A stretch of 64,000 nucleotides of DNA. Source: Phoronis australis (taxonomy: Eukaryota; Animalia; Phoronida). The stretch is from NCBI GenBank assembly GCA_002633005.1, contig NMRA01000193.1, positions 369,527-433,526 on the forward strand. Reading direction: 5' to 3'. The position numbers and the translations under genes were made by a program. Numbering within the stretch: position 1 is the stretch's first letter; each line of letters begins with the position of its first letter. Positions 15,146 through 27,990 of the stretch are shown here, one piece after another. The notes beneath the pieces were generated by a model. It did not search any database, was not told where the DNA came from, and saw only the letters and a program-made list of their open reading frames with translations.

Positions 15146-15629
15146 CGTTCTCCTCCACTTGATCCTGACTCAAATTTGGTGGACAGAAATTCAATTACTA
15201 CATAGTGGTTCATTAAATTAAACCAGGACTAAATCCCAGTCGCCCACCCAATTGTTTGAAACCTCCCATCTCTATTACTTTAGGTCTGATCCCAGCGGCG
15301 CTACTCCCATAGAAGAGGTACATGGAAGTGCTGCTTAAAAGATGACTTTCCATGACCGGTATCTCTACACAGTGGTACTTTTTTCTGACAAAATTTCCTA
15401 AGGGTGCCTTTTCTCCATCAAAAATATAGCGGAGCACCCCCGAGCCTCCCATAAGCCGGGTATACACACTGCCAACCAGCACAGCTGTGGAAGTTCTGAG
15501 GAGAAAGTCATTAATATGTGAAGCAGAAAAAGGTGCCTGCATGAACAGAAACTGAGCAAGCTGGTCATAACTTTTAGTTTGCAACATCAGTTCTGTCCAT
15601 AGCAACAGTAGTTGCATCAGGCCAAACTA

Positions 15630-15873
15630 CAGTGCAAAGTAATGGGACAAAATACCATTTTGCTGTTATAACGGCTAATTCTGTTTACAGCAAAAATACT
15701 GGTAACAACTATCCAGGCAGCAAGTTCTAATTACACAATGCTTTAGCCACCATACTAACTCTTGTTAATTCCGCTTGGTTCTCGATCATGAAGGATGATG
15801 AATTCGGCTTCCGCCCAAATGTCAGGACAGGGAATTCTGGGTCATTTTGTCTGAATACTTTTAGCTTGTACTG
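15630..15873. mobile_element. Tc1/mariner-type MITE (family C), degenerate
   Basis: TA|CAGT...TACTG|TA ends with imperfect TIRs (GACAAAAT / ATTTTGTC). A second copy lies at ~17300-17530. Confidence 0.6.
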
Positions 15874-17299
15874 TATATAAGAGCAAGTGGCACCATCTTG
15901 AAAAAGTGAGGTATAGTGTAACACCAGTGCCCAGTTGTTCTGGCTTAATTCTCGTCCACATGCTCATTTGAACCCCACCATCTTGCTCCTGGGAGAATGT
16001 GTGTTGAGGCAAATGACCAGCATGCTAGAATGAGCTTAGATCTACACTTGGCAAGGTGTCTTTGATAACACATTTAGCAAAGCCAGAAGAGTGGGAGCGA
16101 AAAACCTCTGGGAAGCGAGAATCGATACTAATTACTTAATAGAAAACCAACTTATCTTGTCCCTTGTTGAACTAGGAATGAGGTATCCCAGCCATCACTC
16201 AACAATGGACCTAATTAGCTCTTTCTCCCTTTGGATGTGGTTAAAATGTAAGTGCGTCTAGTGCTCACTAATTTTTAGAGATAGATCGCAACGGATTCTG
16301 AACATTCTAACTGCACTGGCAGGATGTTTGTTGAAACAAACAAGACATATTGTCTCTTACAAGGTACACTGTGAAATATATCCCCAGATGGTCAACCGCT
16401 GCCAGATCGCTGTTACAATCATTGCCTAGTTTGGTGCAATACCCCTAGCTGTATTTCAATTGCTTAAAATGACATTAAACTTCTGCTTTCACTCAAAAAT
16501 AATTTTGATTTAGACAACTTACAGTTATGAAAATGGTCTCAAACTGTTTCATAGTCAAAATAATAAGTGAGAGTTTGTTATTTCTCCAGACCAAGATCAT
16601 AAAATTTCAGGTCACAGCGTCATAGATTAAATACTCCGCCACCTTTAATTTCATGACATTTAATTAGTCTGTTCATCAAGCATGGGCCCATAGATCAGTT
16701 CAAAGATTAGCGAGGAACATTTTAAGACCTCTTCTACAATAGTAAGTGGCCTAAAGTAAAACTTGGTTTTTGACAGCAAGCGTGGGCTTAATGCCACTTT
16801 AAAGCATGCTCAACTATGACAAATACCCCATTTACAAACTCCAGGCTGGAGCAAAGGTTTGCCAGTGTAGACAGGTTGTCAAACATGACCAAACAGCATG
16901 GCAGACTTTGTTAATGTAGATTGGTCGCCAAAACCCTCCATAACATCATCAAACTCTGAGTTAGGTCATGTTTCCAAACAAGTTCGGCAGAATTTGTCAG
17001 TGTAAACAGAACTTAAAGTTATTTTAGTAAACTAACCAACTGTCAAAAACTAATTGATTATAATATTGGTCTCACTCTCAACTTGTTCCTTACTCAGCTT
17101 AGTCATGAATTGTCTGCTCAGGATAAATGACAGATTACTTCAGATCTGGCTCAATACATTGCCTTGGCCACCGGGTCAGGCTAGGTGCAGAGCATGATCT
17201 CAACCAGTGACGGAACTAGCAGTTCTCTCAAACCCAGAAATACTTTCTAAACTGCAAAACAGCAAGTACTCAAGTAAACAGATGGGTCTTCTGTTGACA

Positions 17300-17530
17300 C
17301 AAAAGACAATAGTAATCAGACAAAATTCCATTTACCCACCATGACGGCTAATTCTGTAACAGCAACAATTTCTCGGTAATGACAATTATGGCTGGCGTCA
17401 ATTTTCTTAATATTTCATTTTCATTCTTGGTCATGAGGAAAGATTACTCTGACGACAAATTCAGCTTCTGCCCAGCCACAATGACGGGGATTTCTGGGTC
17501 ATTTTGTCTAAATACTTTTAGCCTGTACTG
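17300..17530. mobile_element. Second copy of MITE family C (left end eroded)
   Basis: Shares ACGGCTAATTCTGT and TTCTGGGTCATTTTGTCT(G/A)AATACTTTTAGC(T/C)TGTACTGTA with 15630-15873. Confidence 0.65.
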
Positions 17531-18268
17531 TAGCTCCTTTAACTGTTCCCAGAGCAAAACCAAACATGAGTGACAAGAATACACAAGAATACTTTCAGCC
17601 TCAGAAAAAAGGACTCTACAGGATGGTTAATATTCCCAGCCAAGATTAGGTCAATCAAGAACACCGACATATAACTCTCTGCTATAAGAGCACCAATGCT
17701 ACTACCTTGCCTGATTGGCCAGATCAGACAAGTCTCTACGAGATATTGCCAAGCGTTACCATACAAGAAGAGCGGGCAATTTCTTCCAAACAAGCATGAA
17801 CTTGACCTCACCAAATAGCGAAAAAAGCAAGGTCTTGCAAACCTTGCAAAATCATGCGAATGAAGGGCGAGTGTTTCTCCAAGTACGCTCGAGAGCTTAC
17901 TACTCTATCATAACTGAAGTGATTGGTTGGTGAGGTTGAAATGTTGCATTGTGGGTTTAAATTCACTGTTTCTGTTCTGCAGAGTGGAGATTTTTTGCCG
18001 CAAGTGAAAGATAATGTAATGCAGACCGGATCACATGAATTTCCTCAATAATCATCCTACTTCCCAGTCGCAAAATCGTCAAAATACTTGAATTACCTCA
18101 GACTTCTGAGATCAAGATGACTATGATGGTGGAATATAATGCCTTAATGGTACTTTGTCACGACTCGTTAAAACCAAATGTAATTACCACATACAAAGCA
18201 ATTTAATCACCACAACACCTCAAAATATTTTAGATTTAAAATAAGAGCAGAACAGAAAAGAGACTTAC

Positions 18269-18304
18269 CAGGTATGGACGACCAGAGCTGGAGTGAGAAG
18301 TCAC
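18269..18304 (-). CDS. 36-nt micro-exon (VTSHSSSGRPYL in phase 0) of the minus-strand host gene
   Basis: Minus strand reads tcttctttcctttgcag|GTGACT...TACCTG|gtaagt: consensus sites on both sides. Confidence 0.65.
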
Positions 18305-18502
18305 CTGCAAAGGAAAGAAGACATGTGAAAGTACTGACATGAATACCTGGCATAACTACTAGGATATGACTGATCACCATGGTGACACCTCCTCCAGTAG
18401 GTACTTATTGTTGTGAAACACTGGCTCAATGAGGGAGGAATGTTTAACCTGAACAATGTCACAGACCCAAATGAAGACGACCTAAGGTCAATATGACATA
18501 CC

Positions 18503-18561
18503 CATTTGGTTGAATCTATTGATTTTTTTTAACCATTTGGTTGAATCTATTGAATTTTTTT
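18503..18561. repeat. ~30-bp tandem duplication (CCATTTGGTTGAATCTATTGA-Tn) x2
   Basis: Directly visible. Confidence 0.85.
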
Positions 18562-19283
18562 CAAGTACAGAGAAACCCATACATTCTCCAAACAAAACCC
18601 ATGTTCATTACAAAGAAATAACACAGGAACCCAAACTCTGAAACAGTCAAAAATTAGCGGAAGATGTGCATGTTGACGTTCTATGAAAGAACACAATGCA
18701 ACAAAATAATGTATTTTCAGTTGATATAAAAAAGACTTGTTGATTAAGTCTAAACTACTGATGAAAGCGTTTCACACATAAATTTGTCTTATTAGGAGCT
18801 TCTAATAGTTGAGTAATTTCCAACCCTTGGACATATTAAGTGTTAAGACTTGGTAAAGGTATTTTTTCTGGTTTACATATGCTTTATGGTCAAACTGAAC
18901 ATTCACCAAGAGTGTGGTGAGTACACAAGACTTCACAATAATCTCCAACCCAAGATGTCAATGTTTGCTTTTTTACAGCAGAAATATAAGGATGGCCCCC
19001 ATTTTAAATTTGTTGATTTAAAATATAAATTGCAGTAACTGTTTCCTCCCTACTAACTGTGCCAGAAAACAGTGAGCAGGACCAGTGTAACAAGCCAAAT
19101 AACCAAAGTGAAATGTGGTAGTATTAGAACCAAGTTCACTTGACAAATTAGAATCATACATCATTCGTGGATGAGGCAGGTGAAAAAAAAAAGAAAAAAA
19201 AAAAGAAAACCGGTTTCCATTTCTATGCAGTTCAGAGATAGTAACCTAATTCCTTGTATAAAATAAAAACATTGCTAACTTTA

Positions 19284-19499
19284 AGGCTTTTCCTACAAAC
19301 ATCGACACATCGGTGTTTAGGAGAGTCGACCAACGGAGGTCATATCACGCAACCTTGTGATAACTTTGATGACAACAGCACCACCTTGCGGTAACTCCGA
19401 TGTCTATTAACTAAAGCTAAGAGGGAAAGCTCAAGTTCACTTCACAGTTTACGTTGAAGCTTCACTAGAACCAAATTTAACTAGGTGAGAAAGGGATCT
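19284..19499 (-). mobile_element. Internally deleted, degenerate copy of MITE family A
   Basis: Both eroded ends are present (AGGCTTTTCCTAC...GAGAAAGGGATC), and ACCTTGTGATAACTTTGATGAC resembles ACCTTGCAACAACTTCGATGAC at ~39758. Confidence 0.55.
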
Positions 19500-19559
19500 T
19501 CAATGTTTATTTCAATAAGAAAACAGGCATGGGATAAGGTATCACATAGCTGTTAAAAT

Positions 19560-19706
19560 GACTTAACTCTGTAACCGCATGTTCACATAGGTTAACCCGA
19601 CTTAACTTTGTGACTGCAGGTTCATGCAGGTTAACCTGACTTAACTATGTGACTACATGTTCACACAGGTTAACCTGACTTAACTCTGAATACATGTTCA
19701 CACAGG
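19560..19706. repeat. 39-bp minisatellite x~3.5
   Basis: GACTTAACT...CATGTTCACACAGGTTAACC unit repeated. Confidence 0.85.
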
Positions 19707-20713
19707 GGAAAAATCCAAAGAATCACCAAGTGTGCAGTTTACTGAATTACATATAATGTGAAACTGGTATCCACTTCGTCTTGTGATAAAGTGTAGTATG
19801 TTTTATTGCGTATTTATTTTCCATCTGTAAATGTCTTACAGGCATGACTGCAGGATGGTAGCAAAACAAACTGCCTGAGCCATTTTCTCAATCAGGATGT
19901 AAATGTTCCTAAAAATGTAATTATCACATGCCCACATGATTACCCAACTCATTAATAACTAGTGTAATTTATGTTAATCCCAAGTCCTTCCACTACAGCT
20001 GCAAACTACGTCACAATCATTGAAAATAAAAAACGCGAACATGTCGTGAACTCATCAAAGTCTTACTGATGCCGAGAAAATAAAAGGAAATATATAAGGT
20101 AAAAATCCATTAATTTAGCAAGACCTCTTCAAGTTGCGATAATAAAAAATAACTTCTTCAAAACACAGACTCTCACTCCATTGTGCAGGGACAAGATCTG
20201 TAATAGTGTCTATGTGGATGGGAAAAGAATAAATAAGTGCTACGCTTGGACATCTTTTAGACAAAAACGAATGTGTGTAGATAGCAGTTTAACACATACT
20301 TAAAACCAACAAGACACTTATGACTGAAAAACTCTGCTATATTCATAGCCAAAAAGTTTCAAGCCTATGTTGATATTTGTTACGTCTTCTGGCTGTAAGT
20401 ATTATCACTTTATAACACATAGTTTGTTGTTAATTTATAAGACAAAGAAACTTGCTTTGTTAACAGGGAAGGTGTCATTTTTATTCATTAAAGCCAAATC
20501 AAGTTGGAATTGTCAAGATTAGAAATGGATGACGAAGAACACCGACGGCCGCCGTCAACTCAATATTAACGATGGACATATTTTTCACGATAGTGAAACT
20601 GGAATGGAAATATTGCAGACACTGAGGATAGTGGCACTTTGGATCAGCATCTTTGCCATCACAATTTGGAAGAGTGACAGTATCCTTCCCTTCTGGTAAA
20701 AACTAATACTTAC

Positions 20714-20803
20714 GCTGCTTAATCGTTCAGGTTCACTACAGCTACCTGCTTCAACTTTCTTGCTATTCAAACACAGGGGCAACGGGGATGGCAAGACATT
20801 AAT
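20714..20803 (-). CDS. 90-nt phase-0 exon (INVLPSPLPLCLNSKKVEAGSCSEPERLSS) of the minus-strand host gene
   Basis: Minus strand reads tctgtttctcgtttcag|ATTAAT...AGCAGC|gtaagt. Only frame 0 is open; the other two contain stops. Confidence 0.65.
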
Positions 20804-22258
20804 CTGAAACGAGAAACAGAATTGTACATGGCAACTGTGGATTTAGAATTTTGGATCATGTAAACCATGTCGTGTTCTAGGGAATAGCAACAGGTTGAAG
20901 AACACGAAGAAATTCAGTATGTATAGGTATGGTGCATTAAGAACCAATCATGAGTCGCAAAGCCCTTTTCTTCATCATAAATCATGGTCCTGTATTGTAC
21001 CTTGTGGACAGCTAGCACAACGCAGGTGCAATTTTCAGGAATCATATTTATTAATGTTCAGTTCTGCTCCAACAAATCATTCAACTCACCAGATCACAGG
21101 ACATTCACGCAGCACCACATTCAAAATCCATACCAAAACCAATGCCTCACAAGGCTACTAGGAAAATGGTTAACTGCGAAGATATCGAACGATAAAAAAA
21201 CACTCCTTGAGACAATGGAGATACCATCTGTGTATGGCACAATTCTCCATTGTATTCTGGGTACCTACACAAAATGATATCGCAAAATAAAGCTAAAATG
21301 GTCACCAGGAAAAGCAAAATACCCAGCCAACATGTAACCAGTCCAGAAATGGTGAAACAGTCATTTGAGTTGGTGAGACTTACCCAACCACATCTTTGGG
21401 AAAAACCATTCCACTGACCACTAAAGGTTGTTACACAACAGCTGCAATCATCCAGTTTCACTCATGTTCACATGTTAACATAGTCCACCAAAACAACACA
21501 TGCCTGTGAATACTGAGACATGTAAACATAGACACTCACTTATATCACAGCCATACCACAACAGCTTTTCACAGGAGACTGAAAACTGTCCTGAATCAAT
21601 ACGCTTATTTCCGAGGGGAAACAGCCAATCCACACAAATGGAACTTTGTTGTCACCTGAAGCGGGGGAAAGCGATACCTGAATTTGATGGCATAAAAAGC
21701 AAATATGTACTTATCCCACAGTGGGAAATGGCAAGCGTATTGAGTTTCCAGCATTGATCGGAGATTTTATGGCCATAATAATAGGACAACATCATTCGAT
21801 TTGATACAAACAAAAGTAAAAGTTCCGCTGCAAATGTCAAAAACATAGTGCATTGGGATCGATCAGCAAAATGAAAGATATCAAAGAACACTTGTCATTT
21901 ACCATAGTACGCCATTGACATTAGAAACAATGAAGGACCCTTCAAACTGAGGCACACCAATCCTGACATTTGTCTGAGAATGCTAGAACACAGAACATTA
22001 ACCAAAAGTCTAAAACTAGATTAGAGCAAGCTATAGAAATCCCACATATCAATTTAGTTTACATCTCACACAGAACAATAAATGTGGTAAGAGCACTTCA
22101 GCTTGATCTCATCTTAAATTTTGTAGGACAACATGGGCCACAAACATTTAGCATCAGTCAAATGAACCACCCACTGACGTGATATGCACAAAAACAATTT
22201 AAAAACATTATAAAATTCTACTGCTTTAAAGTATAAATATCTAATCTACTGTATACCT

Positions 22259-22395
22259 GTCACATGTCACTGAAAGCTTATTTCAGTTGATCACTGCTAT
22301 ATTACAAAACATGGTTTGCTTCTAGTGTATACATGTCACATGTTATTGAAAGCTTATTTCAGCTGATCACTGCTATATTGCAAAATATGGTTTGC
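22259..22395. repeat. ~60-bp direct duplication, period ~77 bp
   Basis: TGAAAGCTTATTTCAG(T/C)TGATCACTGCTATATT..AAAA.ATGGTTTGC occurs twice. Confidence 0.85.
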
Positions 22396-24183
22396 GCACA
22401 TTTTCTGCATGCCCTTGCACCTACACATCCCTGGTACAAGTGCAACATGGCATAGCAATATGGTAGTTTCAGGACAGAAAGCATCAACTGAGGACAGCCA
22501 CATCAGAAACAAAATGCTAGTTACCTCGCTATTACATAATGCCATGGAGAGAGAATAGTGGTGACCATGAACACAACACATTTTATGTCAGGTGAGAAGC
22601 CACAGCTCAACCTTGTCATTTTGTAACAGAATAGTTGTCAATATTTGCCTCAAGCCAGAGCATATGTATTCCTCACAAACCAGTCAGCAACAGTCACACC
22701 AACCACCAGCAGAGGTCTCACCTTCACTTTAGGAACCCGAAGAATGAGAGTATAGGGAACCTGGTCCATCCGCCTCAAGCAACTCTCACGGTCACTTTTT
22801 ATGTGAATATTTTCTATTAACCAAAAGGCATGTAGCTTAGCCAACAGTGAGCAGAACAGCGATAAATCTCAATTAGAGAATAGTGTGACACGACAACTCC
22901 ATCGCCTAATGACTAGGAAACTTCAACAGAGCCGTGTTGTACGTGCGTAGATTCAATAACAGACTGGAATTATGATCATCAAGACGAGGTGGAAAAATGT
23001 ATTGTAACCACACACACTTGGTGTATTAAGAGAAATTGATTTCTTTTCAGATTTCAGAAAAGAAATGTGTTAGCTTGAAAGAGCAATTAGCTCGCCTTTC
23101 CCCAAGAGCTTCCTGGCCATAGGCGAAGGCAATTTGGACTTGAACAGCAATTCAGATGACGCATTATATGAATGTTTAAGCACTCAGAGTCCGAGCTATG
23201 AATACACCATCGAGGCAACCACTTCAGGCACTGAACTGACATGAGAAAATGATCAGTTTCATTTCCAATAACAATCGCCTATTTTTTTTCTCGTTTGCCT
23301 CCCAGGCAAGATGACTATTCATTTTAAATACCCACCCAGTTTTAATAATTAAAACATCTAGCTGCTCATGGCCATGTCTCCAATCTCAAGACATTCTCAT
23401 ATTCAGGTTCTCTGATAGAAGCAATTCTGAAAAATTGATTGAGAGCAGTTTGTGTCTGCCTCTGAATTCTTCAACAAATTTATAAACCAGAACATCAAAG
23501 AATGTACTCACAAACTCATTCACCACCAGATTAAAGCTTTAATTCACAACAACCTTGCTGAACAAATCTATGGTTTGAGTAGTATTTAGCACTATCCAGA
23601 GACTACACCAAAGATGCAGAATGTCCACATTTAAATGAACTTCCTTTCCTAGCCAAGACTTTGAGCTGAAGGAATAAACTGCTCTCTACCTTTCCATACT
23701 TTTTGTCGTGTTTACTTTATTTTCTCTCCACCAAGGCTGGTTACAAATTTTCTTTTAAAAAATCCTCATTCATTACTTTAGTGCATTAGTGGCAACATGT
23801 TATTACGGGGTAATCACAAGGAAATAGATTTAGGTTATTTCAACTGGGATTAACAGTTGCCTCAAGAGACAAGTTAACACGTAAAGACTGCATCTTATAC
23901 AAATTAAATTATCTCATCCATAACGGATCACCAGCAACAAAGGAATGGCCCATAATTAAGAAAAAAAATAGTTCCCCGTTTCACAGAGAAAAATTAATTA
24001 AAAAATACATAAATAATTCAAGCATAAGGCATGTGGGTCAATATTTCATTTCATTAACAACTGCATGTCAGAATCCCACATATGCAAGAACGATTTTTGA
24101 AAGCATTATTCTACGTTACCTGCAAGTATGAGTTAACACATGAGGTGCTAAGAAATTCATTGGAACTTTATGAACATCAGAAA

Positions 24184-24506
24184 CCAATGACAGACATGGA
24201 CCAATGGCAGACATGGACCAATGGCAGACGTGGACCAAAGGCAGACCTGAGCCAAAGGCAGACGTGAGCCAATGGCAGACGTGACCCAATGGCAGACGAG
24301 GACCAATGACAGACGTGGACCAATGGCAGACGTGGACCAATGGCAGACGTGGACCAATGGCAGACGTGGACCAATGGCAGACGTGGACCAATGGCAGACG
24401 TGGACCAATGGCAGACGTGGACCAATGGCAGACGTGGACCAATGGCAGACGTGGACCAATGGCAGACGTGGACCAATGGCAGACGTGAACCAATGGCAGA
24501 CATGAC
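24184..24506. repeat. 17-bp minisatellite (CCAATGGCAGACGTGGA) x19
   Basis: Directly visible. The central units are perfect and the edge units are mutated. It explains the repetitive ORFs at 24082-24617. Confidence 0.97.
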
Positions 24507-24522
24507 AGGAACATACAGTATC

Positions 24523-25172
24523 CTAGTGCTCTGAGGAGTGACACTTGGCGAAATCAAATGAAAATTTAAAGCTGAGGTATGCAACAAAACCAAGAACACC
24601 AACCACCACAGCTGCAACGCCTATTATACCAACACACAATAAATGATATACCATTAAAAGTACAATGAGCCAATAGAACACTTATCAAATCAGAAAAAAA
24701 ACTCGAATAACTCGAGAACAGTAGGTTGAAGCCAGAAATACATGGTATAATGCAGATAGTACTCGACAAGATCTATACCTACTTTCCGAAAGATCCATCA
24801 AAGGACACCAGAGATATGACTCTAAAATTCAATAAGTATTGAGCAGTCACCGGAAAACCTCGAATAACCCACGAAAGCCAAGTCCTACAGAAAAAGAAAT
24901 TGCACACTTCCTGTAATCCTTGAAATGATCTATCCACAGAAAAAAAATCCAGAAAATCTCACCAAAAACATCGGAGATATGGCTCTGCAAACCAAAAAAG
25001 TGAAGAATGGCTGCCACCGCCCCATCTTACATCCAGTTTGAACCAAAAACACTAGAACTTGAGCTATTCATGAGACATAGGTTGTGTTAATTTCACATGG
25101 ATCGGATAAGAAATGCGGCCTGTAGCGTGCAAACAAAGCAAGACATGGAGAAATTTCATTTCACCAAGTAAT
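24523..25172 (-). mobile_element. Helentron-associated non-autonomous element (HINE/DINE-like), related to 47114-48345
   Basis: The minus strand begins ATTACTTGGTGAAATGAAATTTCTCCATGT..TTTGTTTGCACGCTACAGGCCGCATTTCTTATCCGATC and ends ATTTCGCCAAGTGTCACTCCTCAGAGCACTAG. Both match the ends of the 47-48 kb element. Confidence 0.65.
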
Positions 25173-26107
25173 GATCTCCTCAAATAAAAAAATGGCAAAA
25201 ATTGGACAATTTACACTCAAGTTTCACAACGCCAAATCAAACAGCAAATCCAAGCTGATGTCGTTTTTATGGTAATGTCAAACAGAAGCTGAGCAGCATG
25301 TAAGGGAATCATCAGAGAGCAAAAAGAATGCACAAACACCAGGCTGTTTCTGGACTTACCACCTGACAACACCTTAGTACAGATAACAGAGCCAGATGCC
25401 TTCCTACATGATCATTAAAGTCATCACATAGCAGGTCATTCCCAATAGAAAACCCACAGTGAGATGTGAAACCATGACATCTCCTCAAGAGTAAGGTATC
25501 ATTAGACTGGGTGTACTGTGTCATTACAGACAGGGCTGTATAATTTATCATTGGATACAGAAGCACCAAAAATGTGTGGCAAAACACAAAGACCTTTTCA
25601 GTTTCGGCAATACCAAACAAGCTGGTGAAATTAAACAAAAAAGAACAAGCTTAACTCTGAATCTATATCATTAAATACACACCTAGATGTGTTAGAGAAT
25701 GGCTAATATTAAATTTAACATGTTTTCATTTACAACTTAGATTTTTCAGAATAAGGACATGATCAAGAAACACGAATTAGGTTTAGTTAAAAAACCTCAG
25801 ACGGAACCAGTGCATGTTAGAATAGCCATTTTGAATTTATGACTGAATGGTTGAGTTTCACACAAGCACTGTATTGAAAGGATTGTTTTCAACAACAAAA
25901 TATTTGACAATGAATAATAGATGTCCTGCTTTCTGTGCCCAAAAATAAACTCTCTGAAATATCCAAATTCAATTCAAATAAACTCAACACAAACAACCCA
26001 CGAAAAAGTGACCATATCCCAGATTATCCCAGTGCTTTACACCAAAATGTGACACTAACACTCACATACTGGACTTCCCACCTGACTGAGTTTAAACAGC
26101 CCAGAAT

Positions 26108-27270
26108 AGCTCACTTGCGAGTTTCTCGCTAGTCACTGTGACGTCACCGGACAGGGGGCAAAACCCGCCATATTGCTCTTGTTTTGCCCCGAGTCTTTGC
26201 TACACACGCTAAAACTTACTGGAGTTCTTATGGTGAATTTTACGCTTAAAACGTTAAAACAACGTAAGATATGGTAGATGGGTCGTAGAATAACTGTGAT
26301 TAGACGAAGAAAATGTGACCTTGTTATCTTGTGCGAAGCTGTGAACGGACTGAAATTGGAACTTAACCCGCTCTAGGCCTGAATGGCGCAGGCATACAGG
26401 GGCGATAGTGTATCCCCATAAAAAGATATTCACTTCAAAATACAGCAAATGAAATCAAATGAAACATGCATATGTGCACATGAAGTTATAATTAACACAT
26501 ACCCTGACTCTGGACACAATTTAGTCCACAAATAACTTGAGCATATTCATGAAAACCTCGCGATTCTCTCGAGTTTCTCTCACTAAAGAGCCGCCATTTT
26601 GAAGAAGTTACGTGAAATCACGCCTGTTGACGAACAAAAAGTCCAAGGGACACAAATCTTACAAATTTCACTTGATATTTTCTCATGCTATTTTGCAAGT
26701 GTCACGCGCCAGGTCACGCGCCAGATCTCGCGCTTCGCTCAGTCTCGCGCTAGCCTTTGCCTCATACTCACCTGTCTCAGCTGAACTACTTGATTGTGGT
26801 AATCGCGCGCGCGGACAAAGTTAACAGTAACCACAAAGTGGAGTTGGAATTCTTCGCCTAAGTCCCGTATATATGCTTCATCGAAGATATACTTAGAAGC
26901 AGAAAGAGTCACTGAAGAAAGTAAGAGCCTTTTAGGTGCTAATTTTAGGTGTAGAATGTATTTTCGACGAGGTGAAAACTGTACCAGTGAGCGGATTTCG
27001 CCTACCGCCCGTTTAAACTACACGGGACGAAATTAGTACAGAACGCGATAGAACGTATTGTAGTGCGAATCTGAAGTTCATTTGCCATAACAGCAATGCT
27101 TTTGGACATTTTTCGAACTAAACGGCTAAAAACTCGAAGACAATAACAGAATACACTCTGCTACCGTATTGGGCAAATGACCAAACGACAAGCTTTTGCC
27201 CCACTTCCCGTGACGTCACAGTTAAGTCTCACATAATCTCGCGTTATTGTTATAAACTCGCAAAAGGCCT
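26108..27270. mobile_element. Non-autonomous DNA transposon, ISL2EU/Harbinger-like (AT TSD)
   Basis: AT|AGCTCACTTGCGAGTTT ... AAACTCGCAAAAGGCCT|AT imperfect TIRs, an inverted subterminal ACTGTGACGTCAC/GTGACGTCACAGT pair, and a CpG-rich interior without a long ORF. Confidence 0.6.
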
Positions 27271-27954
27271 ATTGGATTTAGCATTCGAAAGGAGTGTTGT
27301 CAAGAATACATGACCTCATTGTACAACTAAACCTTTCAAGAGAGCCATGATTACATAATCTAATTAGCTGAAAGAAATTTAAAAGTATAAATTACTAAGA
27401 CGAGTTCATTTAATGTTTTTCAAAAATGAAAAACTCACATAATGTGCGTCACAAAGATATTTTGACACAAAGCAACTGGGACTACAATTAAATTTATGGA
27501 GAAGTCGGTGGTGAATAAGCCTTGATCAATATTACATTATCATATTAATAATAAATTGGTAAATACACAAATTCATGCAATCTAATGCCCAGTGTGCTTA
27601 ATAAAAAAGAATCAATTGCCCTAGGGAGTCATAGGGTAGAATATTAATAACAAACACAGAACAGTTGAGTATCACTTCACTGGTGAGGACCGACCACATC
27701 ACCACAGCTGGTAACTTGATACTGCTTCATAATTTTCATACAATAGCATAAATGCTATCCCATTGAAAAAATGCTAAATTGGCAAAAAGGCTTATTGATC
27801 AGTGCCACCGGCTACTAACAATGCACAGCCTCTGGTTGAGTGGTCACAGTGATTTCTAAAGTTAAATGACAAATGACAAGATGATTCTCTACTTGGGTTT
27901 CAGTCATACAATGTCTATCTAATGGCCTCATTGGTTTGATGAGAGTCAATCAGC

Positions 27955-27990
27955 TGTGTGTGTGTGTGTGTGTGTGCGTGCGTGTGTGCA
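27955..27990. repeat. (TG)n microsatellite
   Basis: Directly visible. Confidence 0.9.

Noticed and set aside
18097-18105. Possible 9-nt micro-exon (ctcag|AAGTCTGAG|gtaatt, KSE) on the minus strand
   Set aside because: The polypyrimidine tract is weak with a competing upstream AG, so it is not distinguishable from chance.
21384-21443. Minus-strand GG|gtaagt donor with an upstream open frame
   Set aside because: No convincing acceptor.
24082-24617. Repetitive ORFs and a CRISPR-like look of the 17-bp array
   Set aside because: The units are head-to-tail with no unique spacers, there are no cas genes and the context is eukaryotic. The ORFs exist only because the unit lacks stop codons.
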